DNA of 64,000 bases from an uncultured Solirubrobacteraceae bacterium. GTDB taxonomy: Bacteria; Actinomycetota; Thermoleophilia; Solirubrobacterales; Solirubrobacteraceae. The stretch covers positions 290,688 to 354,687 of the forward strand of contig CAZPQW010000001.1 of assembly GCA_964588985.1 (NCBI GenBank), given 5' to 3'. A model generated the notes under the pieces. It was not told the DNA's origin. It worked only from the letters and a program-made list of their open reading frames with translations, and did not search any database. Below are positions 8,634 through 16,493 of the stretch, piece after piece; position 1 is the stretch's first letter; each line of letters begins with the position of its first letter. Made by a program: the position numbers and the translations under genes.

Positions 8634-9257
8634 TCAGGTCGGGCCCGTCACCGGCTGTCGAATCACGGTCTTGAGCTTCTCGGGAGCGGTGCGCCGGGGG
8701 TCGCCGAGGTAGATCTCGTGATGCTTGCCGCGCAGACCTCGGCCGCTCTCGGCGATGAACGCGTGCAGCCGTTCGATCGTCGGGCCCTCCGCCGAGTACG
8801 GGCCGACGTGCATGATCTGCGCCGACGGTCCCTCCTGCCAACGCTCCAGCCGGAGCTTCGCAGCGGCCGGCAGCGACTTCTTGGCGGTCGCGCTCGCGAG
8901 CGCCTCCTCGAGGAGATCCTGCATGACCTCGTCGGGCTGCATGATCATCGCCGTCCAATCCCAGTCGGACTTCTCCGAGACGTCGAACCTGGTCATGTCC
9001 TCCACCCACCACAGCCCCTCGAGCGGCATCACGCCGTAGTCGAACCCGCCCGGCGAGCGCTTGATCGTGAACTTGAGCGTGTAGGAGACGGTGTACAGCG
9101 CTTCGATCGCCTGCGTGTACTCCGCCGCTGTGTTCGGGTCCCCGTGCCCGTCGACCATCAGGAACGCCAGCTCCGGCACGTCGACCAACGCCGGCTCGCG
9201 CCCCGCCTTGTAGAGATCCCTGTACTCGCGCTTGAAGTCGACCTTCGTCGCCGGCAT
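8634..9257 (-). CDS. GyrI-like small-molecule-binding domain protein
   Basis: KVDFKREYRDLY, FLMVDGHGDPN, VMPLEGLWW, HHEIYLGDPRRTAPEKLKTVIRQP. Start set at ATG 9257. Confidence 0.88.
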   Translation of the reverse strand: MPATKVDFKREYRDLYKAGREPALVDVPELAFLMVDGHGDPNTAAEYTQAIEALYTVSYTLKFTIKRSPGGFDYGVMPLEGLWWVEDMTRFDVSEKSDWDWTAMIMQPDEVMQDLLEEALASATAKKSLPAAAKLRLERWQEGPSAQIMHVGPYSAEGPTIERLHAFIAESGRGLRGKHHEIYLGDPRRTAPEKLKTVIRQPVTGPT

Positions 9258-9385
9258 CGCTCTCAGCCTCCGCTTCGCGTCGTGTTGGCCAAACCGTACG
9301 CTCGGCAGGTGAGCGGGGAATCCGTACGTTCCCCGCGGCCGAGCCGGTAGTCGGCCCGCCTGCGAGAGCGGCTTATGATCCGGCC

Positions 9386-10072
9386 ATGTCAACTCTCACG
9401 AATTACGAGCTCTCCGACGGCATCGCGACGATCACGATGGACGACGGCAAGGTCAACGCGCTCTCGACGAGCATGCTCGCCGACATCGCAAGCCGGTTCG
9501 ATCAAGCCCAGGCCGACGAGGCGGTCGTGATCCTGACGGGCAACCACAAGCTGTTCTCCGCTGGCTTCGACCTACGCTGCGAGATGGAGCGATGGCCGGA
9601 GATGCTCGCGGCTGGCGCCGGGCTGGCCGAGCGGATGCTCTCGTTCCCGCGGCCAGTCGTCGTGGCATGCCCTGGCGCCGCGATCGCGATGGGCGGCTTC
9701 CTGCTGCTCTCCGGCGACCACCGGATCGGGGTCGAGGGCGACTACGGCATCGGCCTCAACGAGGTCGCCATCGGTCTCACGCTCCCGTGGTTCGGCATCG
9801 AGATCGCCCGCCACCGACTCACGCGGCCTTACTTCGACCGCTGCACCGTCACCGGAGCGATCCTCCCGCCCAGCGAGGCGCTCGCGGCCGGCTTCCTCGA
9901 TCAGGTCGTCCCGGCGGGCGAGCTGCGGACAGCCGCGCTCTCGGTGGCTGGCGCCCTGACGACAGTCGACGCCGCCGCCCATGCTGCGACCAAGCTGCGA
10001 GTTCGCGAGCGGGTGTTGCGCGGCGTGAGGGACGGCATAGAGCGGATCGCCGATCCAGACCGGGAGATGTAG
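9386..10072 (+). CDS. Crotonase/enoyl-CoA hydratase family protein
   Basis: MDDGKVNALS, FSAGFDL, AIAMG, IGLNEVAIG. Confidence 0.9.
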   Translation: MSTLTNYELSDGIATITMDDGKVNALSTSMLADIASRFDQAQADEAVVILTGNHKLFSAGFDLRCEMERWPEMLAAGAGLAERMLSFPRPVVVACPGAAIAMGGFLLLSGDHRIGVEGDYGIGLNEVAIGLTLPWFGIEIARHRLTRPYFDRCTVTGAILPPSEALAAGFLDQVVPAGELRTAALSVAGALTTVDAAAHAATKLRVRERVLRGVRDGIERIADPDREM

Positions 10073-10082
10073 CCGACCAGGC

Positions 10083-10877
10083 TCAGACGATGTCGACGGG
10101 CGTGCCGAGCGTCAGTCGCGGCGCGAGTCGCGCGATGTCCGCGTCGCGCATCCGGATGCAGCCGTGCGACGGGTCGCCCGGGATCAGCTGCGGTTCGCCG
10201 AAGTCGCCATGGATGCCCACCACGCCGCCTCCCGGCCAGTCGGTCAGCGTGGAGTAGTCCGACGTGCCGAGCGCGTAGGGCCAATAGGGGTTGCTGCGGT
10301 TGGTGAGGCGAAAGCGCTCGCGGATCCAGAAGTGACCCGGAGGGGTGGGGGAGCTCGGCTTGCCGACGCCGACCGGCGCCTGGAAGCGCCGGCGCCCTTT
10401 GTAGTAGGCGGTGAGTTGTCGCTTGTGCAGGCTCACCACCACCAGCCAGTGCGTCACGTGAAAGCCGCCCAGATCTTCACGTTGCACCCATCCGGTCCGT
10501 CCGTTCGGGCGTCCGGGGACCCGCAGCTCGACCCACACCTGTCCCTGCGTGTCGGTGTGTCTTGCGAGCAGCAGGTAGACCTCGGGGAAGCCGTCCTCGG
10601 TTTCCAGGTGGATGCTCGCAAGCCTCCGCGCGTGTGCTTCCGGCTTCGTGTAGATCGGCGCGCTTTCGACGGGGTGCGCCCACGTGGTCAGCGTTCGCTC
10701 GTTGGAAAGACTCACGTCCGCCGGTGGGCCGGATGCGGGTGGCGCCGGCTGTTGTTCCGGCGGAGCCTGCGTGGGTGGCGTTGCGGGTGTTTCTGCGTTT
10801 GCGAGCGGCATGCCCACCTGCAAGAGCACAAACGCGAGCCCGCATGCCGCGAGCGCCACTCGTGTTCGTCTCAGCAT
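10083..10877 (-). CDS. Secreted L,D-transpeptidase (YkuD) with an SH3-like N-terminal domain
   Basis: Signal peptide, Pro-rich linker, WVELRVPGRPNGRTGWV, VGVGK...TPPG, VGIHG...GDPSHGCIRM catalytic His/Cys. Confidence 0.92.
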   Translation of the reverse strand: MLRRTRVALAACGLAFVLLQVGMPLANAETPATPPTQAPPEQQPAPPASGPPADVSLSNERTLTTWAHPVESAPIYTKPEAHARRLASIHLETEDGFPEVYLLLARHTDTQGQVWVELRVPGRPNGRTGWVQREDLGGFHVTHWLVVVSLHKRQLTAYYKGRRRFQAPVGVGKPSSPTPPGHFWIRERFRLTNRSNPYWPYALGTSDYSTLTDWPGGGVVGIHGDFGEPQLIPGDPSHGCIRMRDADIARLAPRLTLGTPVDIV

Positions 10878-10976
10878 CGCCGGGCCCTCATTCCTGTCCA
10901 CGATTGTGAGGCACCGGCGCGGGCGACGGTCGCTGCTTGCGACCGCTGCCCGCGCCAACTGCCTTCCTGCCTCGAC

Positions 10977-12626
10977 TCAGCCGGTGAACCTGGGGCTCAC
11001 GGTACGCGCGGCGCAGCGCGCCAGCGTCTGGTGAATCGTTTTGGACGGCGTTTTGCTGGACGCCGTGAACACCACGTGGATCGACAGGTGGTGCTTGGAG
11101 CCCGCGCGCAGGCCGATGCGGAGCGCGAACGCTCCATGGGTCGACTTGAGCAGCGTCTTGACCTTGTGACCGTCGAGCGTGAACGTCACGGACGCGATCG
11201 AGCTGCCCCGAACCGACGCGAGGTAGCCGGTCTGGGCGACGCAGCCGCGAACACCGGCTGCGTGTGCCGAGCCTTTCGGCGCGACTACTTCTTTCGTGCC
11301 GAGGACGGCACCGGCCGGCGGGGGCGTGGTAGTCACCACGACCGGCGCCGTGACCCATGTCTCCTGGGCCGTGGCGTGCTGTACCGATTCTCCCAGCGTG
11401 ACGCTGGCGTTGATCGTGTCGGTGCCCACGCCGTTGGTGTCGGGGTAGGTGAACACGACCTTGCCGGCGCCGTCGGTCTTGCATTCGGGGTCGGCTTCGC
11501 CGCTCGGATACGTGCAAGTTCCGCTCACGCCGGCGTTCTGGCCGGTGACGGCGAAGCTCACCACGGTGCCGCCGACGGGTTCAAGCGAACCGGCCATCGG
11601 CCGGACGCCGGCCGCGCGGGCCGAGGGGATCTCGAGTGTTTCCTGCACCACCGTCGCCGTCACCGCGTGGGTGCCGCCTGCGACGTCGCTGTGCGTGACG
11701 GGTTCGAGGCTGAGGTTCGGCGAGCTGACGATCACGCCGGTTCCGGCCACGAGCACGTAGGCCTGACCACAGGCCGTTTCTTTGGTGCTCGGGTCTGTGC
11801 CGCACGTCGGTCTCGTTTCCGTGTCCGTCGCCACGGCCAACGCGTTCCAGTCGGTCGGGAAGGCGGGGAACGTGACGTGGTCCGAGCACTCCCAGCCCTG
11901 GATGTCGGCGTCGGTCAGAGCCGTCGGCCCAGTTTCGAACGCGGGGTTGGAAGCGATCTGCTGCACGCTTCCGCCGCACGGCGGATCGCTGTTCTCGGTC
12001 CAGTGCCCTGGGCCCGTCGTGGTCAGCTGATCCAGCACGGAGACATCGAGGCCCGAGTCGTCGCAGCTGGTGTCGTAGTAGACGCCGGTCGCGCCGGGGA
12101 TGGCGCCCGCGAAGGCGATGCCGTCCTGCACCAGATGCTCCGCTCCGGCTGTGGCCGGTTCGGCCGGGTTCGTCGGCGAGGCTCCGCCTCCGCCGTACTG
12201 GTAGTGGTCCTCAGGGTCGGTGCCGACGAGCGCGCGGTTGCCCGAGCTGCCCATGACGACCGGCGCCCACGTTCCCGCGCTGTTGTTGGCCGACACAGCG
12301 GTGTCGCCGCAGTTCGGGTCGCCCACGATCAGCACCTGGTATTTCGCGAATTCGGCAGCCGTCATTGCTTCCCAGGCCGATCCCGAGACGACGGTCACCG
12401 AGAACCCCGCGTTTTCGGCGGCGAACTGCTCGAGGCTGATCGGCGTTTCGCCCTTCGTGATCCCGTCGCTGGTCGTGACGGATTCTTCGTTGATCAACGC
12501 CGTGTTGGCGGTGCTGGTGGCACTCGCGATTCCCGGCGCCGTGGCGGCCGCCAAGGGCACGCTCAGTGCCGCAAGCGCGGCTGCCGATACGGCAGCGCGC
12601 CGTAGAAGTTGCATCGTCGACTTCAT
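10977..12626 (-). CDS. Secreted multidomain surface protein with a Big_1/invasin-like Ig domain, ending in PRFTG
   Basis: Signal peptide, VSFAVTGQNAG...TDGAGKVVFTY...GTDTINAS Ig motif, TTTPPP linker, basic C-terminal domain, ...ARCAARTVSPRFTG-stop. Confidence 0.8.
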   Translation of the reverse strand: MKSTMQLLRRAAVSAAALAALSVPLAAATAPGIASATSTANTALINEESVTTSDGITKGETPISLEQFAAENAGFSVTVVSGSAWEAMTAAEFAKYQVLIVGDPNCGDTAVSANNSAGTWAPVVMGSSGNRALVGTDPEDHYQYGGGGASPTNPAEPATAGAEHLVQDGIAFAGAIPGATGVYYDTSCDDSGLDVSVLDQLTTTGPGHWTENSDPPCGGSVQQIASNPAFETGPTALTDADIQGWECSDHVTFPAFPTDWNALAVATDTETRPTCGTDPSTKETACGQAYVLVAGTGVIVSSPNLSLEPVTHSDVAGGTHAVTATVVQETLEIPSARAAGVRPMAGSLEPVGGTVVSFAVTGQNAGVSGTCTYPSGEADPECKTDGAGKVVFTYPDTNGVGTDTINASVTLGESVQHATAQETWVTAPVVVTTTPPPAGAVLGTKEVVAPKGSAHAAGVRGCVAQTGYLASVRGSSIASVTFTLDGHKVKTLLKSTHGAFALRIGLRAGSKHHLSIHVVFTASSKTPSKTIHQTLARCAARTVSPRFTG

Positions 12627-12834
12627 GTCTAACCCCCCAGAGGTGACAGTTGGTCGTCGCCCATCCATGGCGACAGATTTGTGATTGTTACGCGGCTTGG
12701 ATTTCGCGCGTCCCAGGCAAAGACATCAGTGTCTCCCGTAGCCCGGAGCACGGCAACCGCACTTCAGTCGCTGGAAGGTAGCGAAACGAAGGCGTTTTTA
12801 CTAGGGCTGGAGCCGCCGTGCCAGATTCGGGGGT

Positions 12835-13659
12835 TCAGCCCCCGCCGCGGCCCATCCCACGACGCATCCGATGTACGCGCCGCATCTCCTGTACAGCCTC
12901 GTCGTGTCCACCCAGAGCGCTCGAGGGACCGTCGCCAAGGAGTTCGACGTCGAGGCGCTTGCGCACGAGCTCGCCCGCGATCGCGTCAACCCTCTGCGCG
13001 CCCGCTCCGGGACGGGAGCTGACGGCGCGCTCGAGACGATGTCCACGGAACAGCAGCCCCACACCGTCGTCGAGGGCCCAGCCTCCGGGCAGCGTGCCGT
13101 CGCGCACGCCCGCCAGCCACACGGGCAGGCGCTCCGGCTCGCCGTCGGCGTGGACCGTGAGCGAGCCGTCCAGCAGCCCCAGCCCGTCGATCGCTTCCGG
13201 GGGGCCGCTGGAGCGCGTGACCCCGGCCTGGAACCAGCACATCGCTCCGGCGCTCAGGCCCGCGAGGACGGTGCCCGCGCGCCAGGCCTCGAGCAGCAGC
13301 TGGTCGAGGCCGTGCGCCTGCCAGATGGCGAGCAGGTTGCGCATCGAGCCGCCGCCCACGTACAGGATGTCCTGCTCGAGGACCGTCTCCTGCAGCGAGC
13401 GAGTGGTCTCGCGCAGGCGAAACAGCGACAGGTGTTCGGGCACGCAGCTGCGGTCGGTGAAGCGGGCTTTGAAGGCGTTGATCTGCGCGGTGGTGTCGCC
13501 GGAGGCCGTCGGAAGGAACAGGATCCGCGGCACGGTCGGCCTCGCCAGCGACAGCACGTAGTCGTCCAGCAGCGGGTTGTTCGGCTCCATCGTGAAGCCA
13601 CCGCCGCCCATCGCGAAGATCACCCGCGAGTCGATCGGCACGGCGGGCAGCTCACTCAC
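12835..13659 (-). CDS. Peptidase E (S51 family) paralogue 2
   Basis: IFAMGGGGF, LFLPTASGD, YVGGGS, GLSAGAMCWF. GTG 13659 overlaps the TGA of paralogue 1. Confidence 0.88.
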   Translation of the reverse strand: MSELPAVPIDSRVIFAMGGGGFTMEPNNPLLDDYVLSLARPTVPRILFLPTASGDTTAQINAFKARFTDRSCVPEHLSLFRLRETTRSLQETVLEQDILYVGGGSMRNLLAIWQAHGLDQLLLEAWRAGTVLAGLSAGAMCWFQAGVTRSSGPPEAIDGLGLLDGSLTVHADGEPERLPVWLAGVRDGTLPGGWALDDGVGLLFRGHRLERAVSSRPGAGAQRVDAIAGELVRKRLDVELLGDGPSSALGGHDEAVQEMRRVHRMRRGMGRGGG

Positions 13660-14480
13660 GCGGCGACCCGCTGACGTGGGGAGCGAGCCGAGCCGGATGC
13701 GGACATGGAGCGCCCGCGGCTGGGCCCCGGTTCCGCCGCGGGCGCGTCCACGCGCGGTGCGGGCGCGCCGAGGTAGGAGACCTCGAGCGGCGTCTCGCGC
13801 ACGCCGTTGCCGCTCGCTTCCACGTGGTAGGCGCTGCCGTCGGGGCGTGAGCTGACCGCGCGCTCGAGCAGTGTGCCGTGGAAGTGCAGCGCCACGCCGT
13901 CCTCCACCGCAAACCCGGGGCGCATGCCGTCGGCGACCGCGCGGTGATACTCCGCTCGGCGTGCCGGCTCGGCGTCGTAGTGGACGCAGTTCGAGTAGGG
14001 CAGGAGCCCGAGGCCGCGCACCGGTCGAGGGTCGCCGTGGAAGGCGCTCAGCGCCTGCTCGAACCAGCACAGCGATCCCGCGGATGGCCCGCACAGCACG
14101 ATCCCGCGCCGCCACGCCTTGCGCAGGATCGCGTCGAGGCCGTGCGCTCGCCAGGCGCCGAGCATGCTCAGCACGTTGCCTCCGCCTACGTAGATCAGAT
14201 CCTGCGAGAGCAGGTGGCTGGCTAGGTCGTCCTCGACGCCCCCGGTGCCCTGGTCGCGGCGAAACAGCGACACGTGACTCGCCTCGCATCCGGGAGAGAA
14301 CCGACGGTAGAAGCGCACCACGTAGTGGTCCGCGTCGCCCGATGCTGTCGGCAGGAAGCAGACCCTCGGGCGCGGGTTGCGCAGCAGCGAGAGCACGTAG
14401 TCGTCCAGCAGTGAGCCGTCTTTCTCCATCGAGAAGCCGCCACCACCGAGCGCGACGATCTGGGGAGACGTGGATGGCAT
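13656..14480 (-). CDS. Peptidase E (S51 family) paralogue 1
   Basis: IVALGGGGF, CFLPTASGD, YVGGGN, GPSAGSLCWF, NCVHY. Confidence 0.9.
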   Translation of the reverse strand: MPSTSPQIVALGGGGFSMEKDGSLLDDYVLSLLRNPRPRVCFLPTASGDADHYVVRFYRRFSPGCEASHVSLFRRDQGTGGVEDDLASHLLSQDLIYVGGGNVLSMLGAWRAHGLDAILRKAWRRGIVLCGPSAGSLCWFEQALSAFHGDPRPVRGLGLLPYSNCVHYDAEPARRAEYHRAVADGMRPGFAVEDGVALHFHGTLLERAVSSRPDGSAYHVEASGNGVRETPLEVSYLGAPAPRVDAPAAEPGPSRGRSMSASGSARSPRQRVAA

Positions 14481-14669
14481 CTACTCACTCCGCTCGGGCC
14501 GGGAACATGGGCGTGCAGCTACGGCAGGTTGCCCGAACTGAGCGCTCCCAGCTATGGACCGGCGTCCCAATACCGCAGGCGCGCTGATCGACATTCGCCC
14601 AGGTGGGATCGTTGCTGATCCTTTCGTGCAACCCGGGCGACGGCGTCGAGGCTCGTAGAGTGTCGGGCG

Positions 14670-15602
14670 ATGGCCGCCCCGGGGAACGACCCAACGACAC
14701 GATCCGCGAGCACGTCGGCGATCTCGCTGCACGGCGTGCGCAAGCGCTTCGGAGAGATCGTGGCGGTCGACGGTCTCGACCTCGACGTGCCCCCGGGCGT
14801 GTGCTTCGGCCTGCTCGGGCCCAACGGAGCGGGGAAGTCCACCACGATGCGGATGCTGACCGCGCAGACGCTCGCGGACGAAGGCGCGATCTCGGTGTTG
14901 GGTTACGAGCTGCCGCGCGAGTCCAAGCAGTCGCGCCTGGAGATGGGCGTCGTACCGCAGCTCGACAACCTCGACGTGGAGCTCACATGCAGGCAGATCC
15001 TCACGGTGTTCGCGCGCCTCTATCGCGTCCCCCGCGCGGAGCGCGACGCGGCGGTCACGCGGGCGCTGGAGATCGCCAACCTCGTCCCGCGCGCGGAGAC
15101 GATCGTGCGCGAGCTCTCCGGCGGGATGCGCCGCCGGCTGCTCGTCGCGCGCGGGCTGATCCACCGCCCGCGGCTGGTGCTGCTGGACGAGCCCACCGTG
15201 GGCCTCGACCCCCAGATCCGCCAGGAGCTTTGGACGCTGATCGACGGTCTGCGCGCCGAGGGAGTGACAGTGCTGATGAGCACCCACTACATCGAGGAGG
15301 CCGAGCGCCTCGCGGACACCGTCGCGGTGATGTCCGCCGGGCGGATCATCGCGCAGGGCACGCCCGCGGAGCTCGTGAGCGCGCACGCCGGCGAGCAGGT
15401 GCTGGAAGTGTATGGGCCGCCCGACCGTCTGGCGGAGGTGAGCGAGCTGGCGAGCGCCAACGACTGGTCGAGCAGGCGCAGCGGACCCGCGGTCGCGATC
15501 ATGCGCGCCGAGACGCTGGACGGACAGGCGCCCGAGGGTGTGCGCAGGCCCGCGAACCTAGAGGACGCGTTCGTGGCTCTGACGGGAGAGGAGATCGAGT
15601 GA
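14670..15602 (+). CDS. ABC-2 exporter ATP-binding subunit (NodI-like)
   Basis: GPNGAGKST Walker A, GVVPQLDNLD, LSGGMRRR, LLDEPT. Confidence 0.93.
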   Translation: MAAPGNDPTTRSASTSAISLHGVRKRFGEIVAVDGLDLDVPPGVCFGLLGPNGAGKSTTMRMLTAQTLADEGAISVLGYELPRESKQSRLEMGVVPQLDNLDVELTCRQILTVFARLYRVPRAERDAAVTRALEIANLVPRAETIVRELSGGMRRRLLVARGLIHRPRLVLLDEPTVGLDPQIRQELWTLIDGLRAEGVTVLMSTHYIEEAERLADTVAVMSAGRIIAQGTPAELVSAHAGEQVLEVYGPPDRLAEVSELASANDWSSRRSGPAVAIMRAETLDGQAPEGVRRPANLEDAFVALTGEEIE

Positions 15603-16417
15603 GCGCGGAGGTACAGACGGGGCAGACGGTCGCGGACGGTGCGCGTCGCGTGGGTCGCCTGGAACCAGCCGCCCTCGCCGGTGTGATGAGCCGCGACGTG
15701 GCGATCTTCGGCCGCTACTGGAAGGCGACGACGTTCTCCTCCGTCGTGCAGCCCACGATCTACCTGCTCGCGTTCGGGCTCGGTTTCGGGACGCTCGTGA
15801 AAACCATCGGGCACGTCAAGACCGTGCAGTACGTCGCGACTGGGACAGTCGCCACGGCTGTGCTGTTCTCCTCGGCCTTCCCCGGCATGTTCAACACGTT
15901 CATCCGCTGGCAGTTCCAGCGCACCTACGACGCGATGCTCGCGGCGCCGGTCGACGTGGAGGAGCTGATCACAGCGGAGGTGCTGTGGATCTCTCTGCGC
16001 GCGGGCGTGTATGGGATGGCGCCGCTGCTGGTCGGATTCGCCTTCGGGCTCCCGCCCGAGCCGGGGATGCTGCTGGTGCCGCTGGTCGGCTTCGTCACCG
16101 GCTTCGGCTTCGCGGCGTTCGGCGTGACGGTCGCCGCGATCGCGAAGACGATCGACAACTTCAACTACATCACCAGCGCGGTGCTCACGCCGATGTTCCT
16201 CGTCGCCGGCACCTTCTTCCCGGTCTCCACGCTGCCGGACGGCGTGCGCCAGGTCGCGCAGGTGAACCCGCTCTACCACTGCGTCCAGCTCGTGCGCGAC
16301 GCGTCGCTCGGCGGCCTGCACTCGGCCGACCTCGGTCACGCCGCGGTGCTCGTGGCGTTCGCGCTGATCATGTGGCGTCTGGCGATCTCCCAATTGGGCA
16401 AACGCCTCATCGACTGA
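15599..16417 (+). CDS. ABC-2 exporter permease (NodJ-like)
   Basis: GTGA overlap with the ATPase gene. YLLAFGLGFG, QRTYDAMLAAP, TPMFLVAGTFFP. Confidence 0.9.
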   Translation: MSAEVQTGQTVADGARRVGRLEPAALAGVMSRDVAIFGRYWKATTFSSVVQPTIYLLAFGLGFGTLVKTIGHVKTVQYVATGTVATAVLFSSAFPGMFNTFIRWQFQRTYDAMLAAPVDVEELITAEVLWISLRAGVYGMAPLLVGFAFGLPPEPGMLLVPLVGFVTGFGFAAFGVTVAAIAKTIDNFNYITSAVLTPMFLVAGTFFPVSTLPDGVRQVAQVNPLYHCVQLVRDASLGGLHSADLGHAAVLVAFALIMWRLAISQLGKRLID

Positions 16418-16493
16418 CGGCCCACACGGTCGCTTAGGCGATCTTCAGCTTTCTCACACGCTGCTCCTACAACCGCCGGCGATGCTCTCTCGC

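Noticed and set aside
12627-12834. About 200-bp intergenic region as a possible riboswitch or sRNA
   Set aside because: No recognisable aptamer consensus or strong stem by eye. An Rfam covariance search would be needed.
12835-14289. 484-aa ORF suggesting a long N-terminal extension on the second peptidase E
   Set aside because: The extension overlaps paralogue 1 out of frame. The GTGA-coupled start at 13659 gives a normal-length protein.
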